The translations under genes and the position numbers were made by a program. A stretch of DNA of 64,000 nt from NCBI GenBank assembly GCA_038841535.1, contig JAWBTQ010000001.1, positions 180,142 to 244,141 on the forward strand, read 5' to 3'. This stretch comes from Sulfolobales archaeon (GTDB taxonomy: Archaea > Thermoproteota > Thermoprotei_A > Sulfolobales > NBVN01). Under the pieces are notes generated by a model that saw only the letters and a program-made list of their open reading frames with translations, had not been told where the DNA came from and searched no databases. Shown here one piece after another: positions 1 through 10,237 of the stretch (position 1 is its first letter; each line of letters opens with the position of its first letter).

Positions 1-1180
1 CTAAAAATCCGTAGCCGTAGCTACTGTCGTACCCTGGCTTTCCCAGGTCTATAGCCGAGCTCGCTAGAACATCCTTAATATTGCCTGGTGCTAACTTGGA
101 CATGCTGCTCGCTAACCTCATTGCCTGAACTATAGCTACTGCTGCCGAAACGTGGGGACATGCCATACTCGTTCCACTGGCGTATGCGTACCTATTCTTA
201 GGCCACGTCGAGAGTATGTTTACACCCGGTGCTACTATGTCTGGGTTTCTATTGCTCCAGTCGGGGACTGCGTAGCTAGAATCTGCAGCACCAACGGCTA
301 TTACCTCGCTGTAGCAAGCAGGGCAGCTAGGTGCTAGAGCACCCTCGTTGCCAGCGGCAGCAACTAGCACTACTCCGTATCCGTAGGCGTAGGAGACTGC
401 GTCACGCAATATTTGTGAGTCAGGTCCCCCCAAAGACATAGATATGACGTCGGCATCGTCGTCGGTTCCAGGCAAGCCGTCCGGTCCCTTAACAGATTCA
501 ACGATCCCCTTAGCTACGTCACTTACATAGCCCCTACCTGACGCATCGAGTACTCTGACAGCATAAAGGCCTGATTTAGGTGCTACACCAGCTATACCTG
601 CGCCATTTAGTCTAGCAGAGATTATTCCGGCTACGTGTGTTCCGTGACCGTTCGGGTCAGCACAGTTCTTTAAGTTAGCTCCCCTATAGAATGTCTTACC
701 ATCCCTGAGAGATACTATGCAGAACACTACCGCTCCCTTAAGGTCGCTGTGTGCGTAATCTATGCCAGTATCGAGTACGGCAATAGTAATACCCGGGTAG
801 TAACCTAGGGCGGCGTTACCGTACTCGCTACTCATATTCCAGACATCTGTAGCGTTCACTATCTCGACGTTCCAGCCGACTTCCTCAGCTTTAACTAGCT
901 TGTCTTCTTCGACGTATCTAACGAAGGGTAGAGCAGCTATGCGAATTACCGCAGCCGATGGGACTTCTAGGACCATCGCACCAATCTCGGGAACCTCTAG
1001 GTCTACTCTGCCGATACCTAAAAGCATGTTCATCGAGACCGAGTACGGACCATAAACACCGACCACTACTCTGACCGTGGGAGCTACAGCAGAAAGTACT
1101 GGAGCTACCGTGATGAGCGCAATGACTATTAGGACAGATAAGACTCCGGCTCCAACATATCTCAAAGACACGGATCGCAC
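1..1180 (-). CDS. Secreted subtilisin-like S8 serine protease (3' end runs off window)
   Basis: Manual translation from GTG 1180: signal peptide, propeptide, then catalytic motifs VLDTGID, HGTHVAG, GTSMACPHVS. Absent from the ORF track because the stop is outside the window. Confidence 0.93.
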   Translation of the reverse strand, partial: MRSVSLRYVGAGVLSVLIVIALITVAPVLSAVAPTVRVVVGVYGPYSVSMNMLLGIGRVDLEVPEIGAMVLEVPSAAVIRIAALPFVRYVEEDKLVKAEEVGWNVEIVNATDVWNMSSEYGNAALGYYPGITIAVLDTGIDYAHSDLKGAVVFCIVSLRDGKTFYRGANLKNCADPNGHGTHVAGIISARLNGAGIAGVAPKSGLYAVRVLDASGRGYVSDVAKGIVESVKGPDGLPGTDDDADVISMSLGGPDSQILRDAVSYAYGYGVVLVAAAGNEGALAPSCPACYSEVIAVGAADSSYAVPDWSNRNPDIVAPGVNILSTWPKNRYAYASGTSMACPHVSAAVAIVQAMRLASSMSKLAPGNIKDVLASSAIDLGKPGYDSSYGYGFL

Positions 1181-1206
1181 CACACCTAAAGGGTCATTTT
1201 ATTCAT

Positions 1207-1235
1207 GTTTCAAAGCTTATATACGGATTTGAAAC
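1207..1235. promoter_or_regulatory. Inverted repeat GTTTCAAA-N13-TTTGAAAC enclosing the TATA box of the protease gene
   Basis: Perfect 8-bp arms at 1207-1214 and 1228-1235; the spacer reads TATATAAG on the minus strand, about 36 nt upstream of the start. Confidence 0.5.
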
Positions 1236-1414
1236 CGGCTGACTCCACGTTAAAACCTTGAGGTTGAATGTATAAGAAGAAAAGGACCTCACAAGTTCAC
1301 TCCCTATTTCAGTAATACCTTCAAGTAGAGTCGCGATGCGACCACTAACACTCTATATTAGAGAAAGGGCTTAAATAACTAAAGATTTTCCAAGCTCTCT
1401 TCACGTTTTCAACC

Positions 1415-1720
1415 TACTTAAGAAGCCCGAGATACTTAGTTGAACTCTCTGAGCGACATGATGTAGAACTCTAGCAAGTACTCTAAGTACTTCTTCAATA
1501 GCAAAGTTTTACTCTCCATGGGTCTGTACTTAACCTCATTACTACTGCTAGCACGTCTATGTCGTTAGCTAGAGCGAGCATCTACCCCTAAAGGTTGACC
1601 CTAAGATGTATTTGCTTCCTTGAAGTACCTGAGCAAGACTATTTTAACCTCTCTAAGCAGTTCCCGGGAATTCCAAAGTCCACCCAAGCCTAGTAGCAAC
1701 CTTGGCATAGATATCGAACT
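1415..1720 (-). pseudogene. Decayed minimal nucleotidyltransferase (MNT, pol-beta family)
   Basis: Frameshifted fragments FDIYAK / RELLREVKIVLLRYFKEA / YILGSTFRGR / NDIDVLAVV / EFYIMSLREF occur in the order expected for GS..DxD MNTs; several stops. Confidence 0.6.
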
Positions 1721-1900
1721 AGTTTCGCGATCATACCTGAGATTCTCTACGAAAGAAGCGATCGCACAATCCCCGGCAACAGATTATCTGTAATTATTCT
1801 GCCCCCGCATTTCTTCGTAATCTGCCTCGCAACTATCTCATACCCAACCCACCTGTTAGCTCCCTGCTGAACAGCACCAGAATTCACTCGAGCACTACTA

Positions 1901-1986
1901 TTAGTGCCTAATGGCTATGTTGAGGTGAGGAGATGAGGCACCGAACACTCCTGCTAAACCTAAGATGACCTAGAACGAAGGATAGT
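1901..1986 (+). repeat. Degenerate partial copy of family A tnpB-tail-like element
   Basis: TGAGGCAC...AAACCTAAGATGACCTAGAACG aligns by eye with TGAGGGCAC...AAACCTAAAAAACCTAGAGCG of the copy at 43002-43141. Confidence 0.45.
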
Positions 1987-2128
1987 TAATTACCGGTTTA
2001 TTAATTCTTGATCTTGGGAAGTTCAAAAGCATCTTACTTATAGCAGCCTTGAACTCAGGACTGAGAGTTTGCGATCGACAGAAGAAATCGTAGAGAGCAT
2101 AAGTAGTCTCACTGACGGAGGATAGATC

Positions 2129-2742
2129 TTGGAGCAGTTAAACTATTTTGAATCGCATAACCCTTCAAAGGCTGTGGATGTTCTTATAAGACTTGATAGC
2201 GAATTCTATAGAAGGAAATTGTTTGGTGCAAGTCTCAGCAACGTTATCGAGGTTTTAGTGCGGTTACCTGACGAAATGGTGTTTGAGATAATTGGCGTTA
2301 AAAGTATTGATGATTTAGCTGAAATACTCAATAAACTCCACGTAGATGATGTAGTCGAAGTGCTGTTTAAGCTTCCGTCGAAAACGGGGTATAAGGTACT
2401 TAAGATTTTATCTACCGAGCTATCAGCCGAAGTTTCTAAAGTAATCGAAGTCTCCTTCAGAAAGCGTTGGAGAGATTATTAAATACCCAGGACTCAGTTT
2501 TCGATGCCGATGCGGCTATAGGTAATGTAATGACATCTATGCCCATAAAGCTAGGTCAGTACGATGGACGTAACTATATATACGTGGTTAGCAAGGACCG
2601 AAAACCTATTGAGTATTTGGACCTAAAAGCTCTCCTCACTAAACCCAGAAACCTTCAGTTAAAGGACTGCGTAAAGAACGTTAGAGTACACATAGACCCG
2701 TTGATTAATAGAGCTATAAACCTCAGGAGGTTTTCCCTCTGA
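2129..2742 (+). pseudogene. mgtE: Frameshifted, truncated MgtE magnesium transporter (N-terminal helical and CBS parts)
   Basis: Two overlapping ORFs (2129-2482, 2467-2742) with MgtE-N-like LxxDDxVEVL helices and CBS-like YIYVVS; the membrane domain is absent. Confidence 0.65.
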
Positions 2743-2915
2743 GTAGCATTCCTAAGCCTGGAATGGTGTTAATAGAAGAGCTCTCTAGTTTCATCACTTT
2801 TAAAACATAGCTACTCTATCGTAACGCGCTCGGTAGAACTAGTAAGAGGATCTTAGAATAGAATAAAAAAGAGGCAATTTACTCGTATGTATTAAGTGGA
2901 GGCCTCTTGCCTTCG

Positions 2916-4154
2916 TCAAAGGTATCTCTTCATTAGTAGGTAGTAGGTTCTAACCATTCTCTCAAATTCTTCTATTGGGAGGTACTCGTCTGCTATGTGG
3001 GCTACTCCTAGGAGGCCCGGTCCATACGTGATTGTCTGGATACCCTCCTGCGTGTAGTACCGCATGTCTAACCCGCCGAGGCAAACTGTTGTTCGTGGCT
3101 CAAAGCCGAGCACCTCCTTAGCTACCTCCTTAGCTGTCCTCACTAAGTCAGAGCTAGGGTCTGTAAGTGCTGGTGGTAGCCTATTTGTTACTTTCACTCC
3201 TATCTTGACATTCTTGAACTCCTGAGATATTCTCTCTACAAACCCCTTAATCTCGCTTTCTACCTCTTCAATTTTCTCTTCGGGAGTGATTCGGCGGTCT
3301 ATAGAGAATGAGTAGTAACCTGGTACTACGTTAACCTTCGCGCCTCCTTTAACCTCCCCACCTATCATGGCAGTAGGTCTAGCCCCCCTCGGGTCATCGT
3401 ACTCGTAGGAGCTCCTCCTAGACTCTAGCTGGTATACGTACTCGTCTATTACTTTACTTGCTATCTTAACCATGTACTCGAAAGCGTTTATACCTAGCCA
3501 CGGGGTAGAGCCGTGGGCCTGCCTACCGTAGACTTCGACTGCGACCCAGAGGGCACCCTTGTGCCCTATCCATATAGTCCCGGAGCCACTGGGTTCAGCT
3601 ATTACTACGTAGTCAGGTCTAGAACTCATCTCCCTAACTAAATACCCAGTGCCAGTCTCACCACCGATCTCTTCGTCAGGTACTAGGGCTAGCTCTAAAG
3701 TCCCCTTAACCTTACCCACGGACTCAACTAAGGTCTTAGCAGCAGCAATAAAAGCAGCAATACCACCCTTCATATCTGAAGAACCCCTACCGTAAAGTCT
3801 GCCTCCCTCAATAATGGGCTCGAACGGGTCCTTAGTCCAACCACTCCCTGGAGGAACTACGTCATAATGACCGTTGAACTGCAGAACTGGCTTACCGGTG
3901 CCGTACTTTGCTAACACTATATACCTAGGGTACTGACTGTAGTCAGGGTAGTATCTCCCAACGTACTCTCTAAGAACCTCGGAGATGGAGACTTCGAAAC
4001 CGATGTGCTCTAGTACCTCTTTCGATAACCTAGCGAAGTCTCCGTACTTCTCGCCCGGTGGGTTGACAGTTGCCACGGACACCATGTCCTTTAGAACTTT
4101 GAGACCCCACTCAGTGTTTTTTGCTAGTCGATCTACCTCACTCAACTCAACCAC
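2916..4154 (-). CDS. M20 family metallopeptidase/amidohydrolase (DapE/ArgE-like)
   Basis: Motifs FNGHYDVVP, GRGSSDMKGG, DEEIGG, IAEPS, AHIADE. Confidence 0.92.
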   Translation of the reverse strand: MVELSEVDRLAKNTEWGLKVLKDMVSVATVNPPGEKYGDFARLSKEVLEHIGFEVSISEVLREYVGRYYPDYSQYPRYIVLAKYGTGKPVLQFNGHYDVVPPGSGWTKDPFEPIIEGGRLYGRGSSDMKGGIAAFIAAAKTLVESVGKVKGTLELALVPDEEIGGETGTGYLVREMSSRPDYVVIAEPSGSGTIWIGHKGALWVAVEVYGRQAHGSTPWLGINAFEYMVKIASKVIDEYVYQLESRRSSYEYDDPRGARPTAMIGGEVKGGAKVNVVPGYYSFSIDRRITPEEKIEEVESEIKGFVERISQEFKNVKIGVKVTNRLPPALTDPSSDLVRTAKEVAKEVLGFEPRTTVCLGGLDMRYYTQEGIQTITYGPGLLGVAHIADEYLPIEEFERMVRTYYLLMKRYL

Positions 4155-5577
4155 CTCTATACGTGATTCTAGATACTACTAAGGTAATAGGTAAGTTGAA
4201 CATCAAACCCCAAATTATTGAGTGTACACCTAAGTAGTCTGGCCAAATAAAGCACGTCAAGACACCCATCACTAACCCAGCTATGAGACCTGCTAGAACA
4301 CCCTCTTTCGTGATCCACTTCCATACGCTCCCCAGAACCCATCCCGGAAACATCTGGGTGATCCCTGTATACCCGACAAGCAGTAAGTAGACTATGTATG
4401 CTGGTGCTGTGTAAGCTAAGATGACGCTTATAACAGTAAATATAACTATCCCCAGTCTACTCACTAGTATCACCTCCTTCTCGCTAGCTCCCGGCTTTAT
4501 CCACCCCTGGTATATGTTCCTAGATAGCAGACTCGCCTGAGTCAGTATAATGCCTGCTGCTGACGACAGTGCTGCCGCCATTCCAGCTGCGCCTATAAAG
4601 CCTAGAGCCACGGGGCCAAACGTATCTCTTATTAGAGCTAGGAAGGCGTGGTCAGCTACTGCCAGTTTCATACCTAAGCCGAGTGCTACGAGCCCAGTTA
4701 GAGAAGCCCAAAGAATCCCTAGAACGTGGTACCAAGAGGTCATAGTTATACTCCTCCTCAAGACTTTAGCGTCTCTTGCTGGAAATACCATCTGAGCTAG
4801 CTGTGGCCACACCCAGAACCCCAGCCCACAGCCTACAGCAGCTGTTATAACCCACTGAACAGAGTTCCTACCTACTGCTGCCCAAAGGTATGCGTGTTTA
4901 GGAGATGCTGCTTCTACCGCAGCGAATAACCCAGGAAGTCCACCGTAGTAATAGAATATTAATGAGAGCCCTCCGCCCAGCATAGCTGCGAGCATTATCG
5001 CACCAAGAAACACGTTAGTTATTGCTACACTAACCATGCCACCAAGGAAGACGTATATCATCACCACCACAAATGATACTACGGCAACATGCAGAGTGGG
5101 TAAGGCACCATAGGTAGAGAGATCTAATACGTACTTAGTAGTTAGAATCTGAAGCTGGCCGTAAGGTATGTTAAAGGTTATTCCCACCAGTGCTGTAAGA
5201 ACCATTAGTAGCCTACTGCCGTATCTCCACATAAAGAAGTCCGCCTGAGTGAGGAGTCCCTGCCCCTTAGCTGTCTCCCAAATCCTCGGTGCGAAAAAGA
5301 ACGCGAAAGTGTATGCCAAAGCCCCATAGATCCATATGTATAGAACTGGTGCACCATACGCATACGCCCAACCCGAAGCCCCTAGGAATGCGAAGCCACT
5401 ATAGATAACTGCCGCCATGTTCAAGAACGTTACTATGAACCCGAGGGCTCTACCAGCCACCATGTACGTGTCGACTCTGAGGACTTTAATTCTTAGTCTA
5501 TAGGCTAGAACACCTATAATGAAGGTTATTGCTAAAGTGACAGCAATGATTAGAGTAGCTATTGTTGCCTCTATCAT
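4147..5577 (-). CDS. Sodium:solute symporter (SSS) family permease
   Basis: Polytopic membrane protein with YMVAGR, SGFAFLG, GGMVSVAITN and AAALSS motifs. Confidence 0.9.
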   Translation of the reverse strand: MIEATIATLIIAVTLAITFIIGVLAYRLRIKVLRVDTYMVAGRALGFIVTFLNMAAVIYSGFAFLGASGWAYAYGAPVLYIWIYGALAYTFAFFFAPRIWETAKGQGLLTQADFFMWRYGSRLLMVLTALVGITFNIPYGQLQILTTKYVLDLSTYGALPTLHVAVVSFVVVMIYVFLGGMVSVAITNVFLGAIMLAAMLGGGLSLIFYYYGGLPGLFAAVEAASPKHAYLWAAVGRNSVQWVITAAVGCGLGFWVWPQLAQMVFPARDAKVLRRSITMTSWYHVLGILWASLTGLVALGLGMKLAVADHAFLALIRDTFGPVALGFIGAAGMAAALSSAAGIILTQASLLSRNIYQGWIKPGASEKEVILVSRLGIVIFTVISVILAYTAPAYIVYLLLVGYTGITQMFPGWVLGSVWKWITKEGVLAGLIAGLVMGVLTCFIWPDYLGVHSIIWGLMFNLPITLVVSRITYRGG

Positions 5578-5780
5578 GGTTTCACCTCAAGCATGTAGTA
5601 AGCTAACGTCAATAGTACAGGAACTACGAAAACCCATATCAGCACCCAGAACCAGAGCAGAGGTATGCCAGCAATATGGACGTTAGGTCTGTTAATTATG
5701 GGTAAGACGATGGACAACATGAACCAGACGACCGCTGTAGCAACCATGAACTTTCTCTCAGTAACGGTTTTTCTAGACAC
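5574..5780 (-). CDS. Small 2-TM SSS partner protein (DUF3311-like)
   Basis: INRPNVHIAGIPLLWFW motif; overlaps the SSS start codon. Confidence 0.8.
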   Translation of the reverse strand: MSRKTVTERKFMVATAVVWFMLSIVLPIINRPNVHIAGIPLLWFWVLIWVFVVPVLLTLAYYMLEVKP

Positions 5781-5835
5781 GATCTGTTACCTCAAGATCA
5801 TCCTCAGGTTTTAAACTTAATATTTGTTGCTGAGT

Positions 5836-5870
5836 CTGAAATCCTCCCCACCCTAATATGACCAGGCTTC
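5836..5870 (-). mobile_element. Degenerate IS200/IS605-type right-end remnant
   Basis: Minus strand ...TTAGGGTGGGGAGGATTTCAG resembles the CCCTTyAGGGCGGGGAGGAGGTCAG-type end of crenarchaeal IS605 elements (recalled consensus). Confidence 0.4.
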
Positions 5871-6097
5871 TATGTCAGCGGTGCGCACTTTATAAGAGTG
5901 CTAGGAATTAACTCGAGTAGATCGACTTTAGCTGATGCCCTAATACGGAGGCACCGTGAGGAGTACTCAGAGGTATATCGAAGAAAGCGGTATAGCGCAA
6001 CCCGGCTCTTTTAAATCAGACCCTCGAGACCTTTGTTGATAGTGTTTACTTATTATAGCGCTCACTAACGATTAAATTAGAGACTGGCGGTGGTTGG

Positions 6098-6373
6098 ATG
6101 CCTAAAGTAGTGAGCGACAAGGTTATTAGATATGTTGAGGGAGCAGTTCTCTCGATGCTTAGACTTAGACGATACCTTCTATCACGGGGTGTAGACCCTG
6201 AAGAGGTTAACGAAAGAATAAAAAAGCAGGCTATTGGCATGCTCGAAGCCTCAGGGTTAAGCAAGGAGAAGATTGTCGAGATATTAGTCGAGCTAAAGCT
6301 GGTAGTTGAAACCCTTATAGACTTAGTAAGTAAAGCAGATTTTCGCGAAAGCGATGAAGCCAGCTCCAGCTGA
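6098..6373 (+). CDS. Hypothetical helical protein
   Basis: 91-aa ORF with a GGTGG ribosome-binding site and protein-like composition. Confidence 0.7.
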   Translation: MPKVVSDKVIRYVEGAVLSMLRLRRYLLSRGVDPEEVNERIKKQAIGMLEASGLSKEKIVEILVELKLVVETLIDLVSKADFRESDEASSS

Positions 6374-6435
6374 CACTTTGGGTGTAATCTAAAGCTCAAA
6401 TTATTGAAATGAACTAAGTGACGGTGTAAGTAAGG

Positions 6436-7617
6436 GTGTTAGGACTAGTAACCCTAGTAGCTGTCGTAGTAGCTATCATAGGTGGCCTGAAGATCGGTTT
6501 GAGTCTTGGGCTATCTATTGCTCTAACAACTATAGGCTTAGGCCTTCTTATGGGTAACCTCCAGAAAGCCCTTGTAGCGACCCTATTAAACGAGGACGCC
6601 TGGATACTGATCCTCTCAGCACTAACTATAGCTACGCTGGCTGAACTCTATAGAATTACAAACGCTGTGGAAGAACTCGGTCAAGGGCTGTCCAGCACAC
6701 TGAGAGACCCGAGGCTGGGACTTGCTACTATACCTGCAGTAGTTGGTCTCATGCCAGTAGCTGGTGGAGCCCTACTCTCAGCACCAGTGGTTGAATCTCT
6801 CGGGGCTCCGATCGGACTTACAGCAGAAGCTTTAGCATACATAAACGTGTGGTTCAGGCATGTGCTGATTTACTCATACCCGTTTTCTCAACTAATAGTT
6901 GTTCTCTCTCAGTTAACAGGAGTCCCGATTTTAACCCTAATGACAGCAACTTTACCTATGACTATACTGATGGCTGCTATAGGGACAGCAGCTCTCTTGA
7001 AAGTTAAGGTAGAACCACTTGAGCAAGTTAGTAGACGCAGTAGAGAGGACCTCAAAGCCTTAGTACCCTTAGGTGTAGCTGTAGCTCTCTTAGTGCCCCT
7101 AGTGCCACTCATAGGAAATTGGGCTATTCCTCTGGGTACCTCAGTTGCTGTCCTCGTTCTAGTTCGACTTAGAAAAGCTTTAAAGCTACTGCCGCACGCT
7201 CTCATTTCAGAGAGGGTGGGTGACATCATCCTAGCTGTTGTAGCAGTAATAGTGCTTAGGGAAGTAATATCATTAAGCAACATATCTATGGAGCTACAGG
7301 AAGCTGTCAGCGGCTTTATTCGAGTAGAGCTCGCCCTAGCTATACTATCTACTTTAGTATCAATAGCTACGGGTTCAGTCATGACCGGGCTCTTCGTTAG
7401 TTTACCTATTCTTTCATCACTCGGCGTAGATAGTGTTGGTTCAATACTTCTTATCTACACGTACTCCTTCTTAGGCTACATAGCGTCACCAACACATCTA
7501 TGTCTTCTGTACACCGTTAAGTACTTTAAAGCAAACTTGTTAGGTACTTACAGGTATCTCCTACCCTCAGTACTTCTAGCTTTAGTAGTAGGTACTGTGT
7601 ATTACTTAGTTATCTAA
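6436..7617 (+). CDS. DUF401 family membrane protein
   Basis: Motifs PAVVGLMPVAGGALLSAP, NVWFRH, SPTHLCL. Confidence 0.88.
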   Translation: MLGLVTLVAVVVAIIGGLKIGLSLGLSIALTTIGLGLLMGNLQKALVATLLNEDAWILILSALTIATLAELYRITNAVEELGQGLSSTLRDPRLGLATIPAVVGLMPVAGGALLSAPVVESLGAPIGLTAEALAYINVWFRHVLIYSYPFSQLIVVLSQLTGVPILTLMTATLPMTILMAAIGTAALLKVKVEPLEQVSRRSREDLKALVPLGVAVALLVPLVPLIGNWAIPLGTSVAVLVLVRLRKALKLLPHALISERVGDIILAVVAVIVLREVISLSNISMELQEAVSGFIRVELALAILSTLVSIATGSVMTGLFVSLPILSSLGVDSVGSILLIYTYSFLGYIASPTHLCLLYTVKYFKANLLGTYRYLLPSVLLALVVGTVYYLVI

Positions 7618-7684
7618 TGCTAGAGTACCGAAGCCACTTTAAGCTCTTAAACTCTTATTTAATCATACGTCATGTTATTATGCG

Positions 7685-8848
7685 GTGCAAATGGCTAAAG
7701 AAAGCAGCATCCACGAGGTAGCTCTAAATCTTGGAACTCTCTTATACTTTCTTTCACTTCACTCTATAGCACCGTACATATCTAGGTATGCCGTATCTCT
7801 CGGTGCGAGTGAGTACGAAGTAGCTATGCTTGGCCCTGCTCTCTCGCTGATAGCTATAACACTTAGACCGCTCAGTGGGTCACTCATCGACCGGGGCTTG
7901 CTGCGCCCACTCATGGCATTAGGGATAGGTCTAGCTATGGCTGCGCAAACTCTCTATAGCGTATCGACTGGCGTCCCTCTTCTATACATCGGGAGGGGGC
8001 TTCAAGGTATGGGAGTAGCTCTCTTTATACCTGCCTCTGTGTACACAGCTACTCTAACTAGTAAAAACATAGCTAGCTCGCTAGCGTGGAGGTCTACTAT
8101 GATAGGGCTCTCCGTGTTTCTTGGACCAGCTATCGGTGGCTTTATAGTGAGTGTCTACGGCTTCAGGTTCCTGTTTACTATAACCATTACGTATCTCTTA
8201 GTATCAGGATTACTGAGCTCCTTAGCTTTAAAGACTTTGAAACCCTCTGGGAGAATAGAAGAAGGTGGTCGATTAAAAGACCTTCTCAGCACAGACTTCC
8301 TCGTCTCCTCTTTCGCTGTATTGGCGTATAGTGTCCTATACAATTGCTTTCTACTCTTTCTCCCCGCATACCACAGTGCTTTAGGCATGGATGTAGCAGT
8401 AACTACCATGTTATTTACAACTATCTCAATAACAAACTTCACTTCTAGAATAGTGCTCTCGGTACTGATGAATAGAGTTAAGTACTCAGTAACTGCGACA
8501 CTAGGTTTTGCCCTAGCTCTTCTCGGGATTACATTTATAGTCCTAGACCCTACATCTCCGTATTTAATGCTATATGCGATTGTAGCTGGAAGTGGTGGAG
8601 GCCTCCTAATTCCTTCTCTCCAAGTGCTAGCTCTACTCAACATTAAAGCGAGAAGTAGGGGGTTGGGCTCTGGAGTCTACACAGCAATGTTTGACGCAGG
8701 AAACGTAATTGGACCGCCGGTAGCAATAATGCTCGGCGGCACGTATCTAGGTTCTCTAAAGATATCCCTCGGAGTTTCATCTGTGGGACTCGCAGCACTG
8801 CTGACCTATAATGCCTCACATTTCGGCCGTGCTCGTAAGGTTCAATAA
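7685..8848 (+). CDS. MFS transporter
   Basis: About 12 TM segments; RPLSGSLIDRG, GRGLQG, GPAIGG. Confidence 0.9.
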   Translation: MQMAKESSIHEVALNLGTLLYFLSLHSIAPYISRYAVSLGASEYEVAMLGPALSLIAITLRPLSGSLIDRGLLRPLMALGIGLAMAAQTLYSVSTGVPLLYIGRGLQGMGVALFIPASVYTATLTSKNIASSLAWRSTMIGLSVFLGPAIGGFIVSVYGFRFLFTITITYLLVSGLLSSLALKTLKPSGRIEEGGRLKDLLSTDFLVSSFAVLAYSVLYNCFLLFLPAYHSALGMDVAVTTMLFTTISITNFTSRIVLSVLMNRVKYSVTATLGFALALLGITFIVLDPTSPYLMLYAIVAGSGGGLLIPSLQVLALLNIKARSRGLGSGVYTAMFDAGNVIGPPVAIMLGGTYLGSLKISLGVSSVGLAALLTYNASHFGRARKVQ

Positions 8849-8892
8849 AAAAGAACTGAAGTTAAGTGCTGCCAAGAGCTTCTCTTCTAAAA

Positions 8893-10236
8893 CTACTTAC
8901 CTGCTAAAGTGATTTTAGGTACGTAGATAGCGGGAAGAGAGAATCTCCCGAATCTCTCGAGACTCCTTGAGACCCTAACCTCTGCTGGCTTCAGAACTTC
9001 ATACACGTTGCCGGACAATACGACTCCCTTAACTGGGAACTTCTCTTCCCCACTCTCTACATAAATGCCGTTTGTTATCGTGGCGTTAAGCAATCCGCTG
9101 ACAGGGTTAGAAAGCCACTCTCCTATAGTCGCATAAACTATGACTCCTTTCTTAACGTCCTTGACTAGATTGCTTAAGTCACCACTTCCTGGTTCTACAA
9201 GCAGGTTCGATATCCAAGGCGTTGGAGTAGAGTATGGTACGTTCCTGAAAGCGTTACCCGTCGAGTTCTTGCCTTCCACAAGAGCTGTATACGTATCGTA
9301 TAGAAATCCGCTCAGAACTCCTCTGTCGAATACTACTTTCCTCTTAGTTGGAACACCCTCATCGTCAAATCCCCTAGTCCCCGTGAGTCCGGGATATGTG
9401 CCGTCATCGATAAAGGTCAAGTTCTCGGAGAACACTTGAGAACCGAACTTCCCCTTAAGCGGTGATCTACCTTTCTGTACCGAGTCAGCACAGACGGCAG
9501 GTACAACGAGCGACTGAACAACCCCAGCAAAAACCTTGGGTATAAAGACTAATTCGTAAACGCCTGTATCCACTCTTCTAGCACCAAGCGTTTTAACTGC
9601 TACTTCCGTTGCCTTACTGATGAGCTCGTCTGGGTTAAATCGAGCTAGAGTAGGCGCTACGTACGCTTCATAGTAACCCGATTCCTCCCCAGCTTCTACG
9701 GCTTTAACACTAACGAACACGCTGGCCTCAGTAGCATCTTCCCGCTGGATCTCTCCGTAGTTATTACCTATGGCTCTCTCAACCGTGCTCAGATGGATAC
9801 TGGCTGAACTCGTAAAAGCTCTCTTGTCTATCTCACCTGACTTCTTTAGGAGGAACTGGACTATCTCTATAAAGTAATCGGTTTCCGGCTCCACGATTTT
9901 GGGGTCTAAAGTTTCCTCTACATGAGACTTACCCAATTCTCTAGATAAAGAGATCCACTGCGGATCTTCGGGGAGAGTTTTAGCTATTTTCACAGCGGTC
10001 TCTACTATTAAGTCTAAGTCTTCAACTCGTGAAATCATTCCTCCCTGTACGGACACTCTTTTACCGATAACCACTCTAACTCCAGCGTCTATTCTCTCCC
10101 CAGAAGATAGCCTTTCTATACCTCTAATAGTTCCAACGATGTCCGTTCCGACCCTCCTAATAGCGTATACCTCTACCTCATCTGCTCCAAGCTTCGTACC
10201 GACCTTAATTCCTCGCTCCACAATATTCTCGATCAT
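8893..10236 (-). CDS. TldE/PmbA family protein
   Basis: FDDEGVPT and STGNA motifs, no HExxxH; adjacent to tldD. Start placed at the ATG after GGTGG. Confidence 0.9.
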   Translation of the reverse strand: MIENIVERGIKVGTKLGADEVEVYAIRRVGTDIVGTIRGIERLSSGERIDAGVRVVIGKRVSVQGGMISRVEDLDLIVETAVKIAKTLPEDPQWISLSRELGKSHVEETLDPKIVEPETDYFIEIVQFLLKKSGEIDKRAFTSSASIHLSTVERAIGNNYGEIQREDATEASVFVSVKAVEAGEESGYYEAYVAPTLARFNPDELISKATEVAVKTLGARRVDTGVYELVFIPKVFAGVVQSLVVPAVCADSVQKGRSPLKGKFGSQVFSENLTFIDDGTYPGLTGTRGFDDEGVPTKRKVVFDRGVLSGFLYDTYTALVEGKNSTGNAFRNVPYSTPTPWISNLLVEPGSGDLSNLVKDVKKGVIVYATIGEWLSNPVSGLLNATITNGIYVESGEEKFPVKGVVLSGNVYEVLKPAEVRVSRSLERFGRFSLPAIYVPKITLAGK

Positions 10237-10237
10237 C

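Noticed and set aside
2745-2800. Perfect box C (GTGATGA) on the minus strand
   Set aside because: No D' or D boxes at guide spacing.
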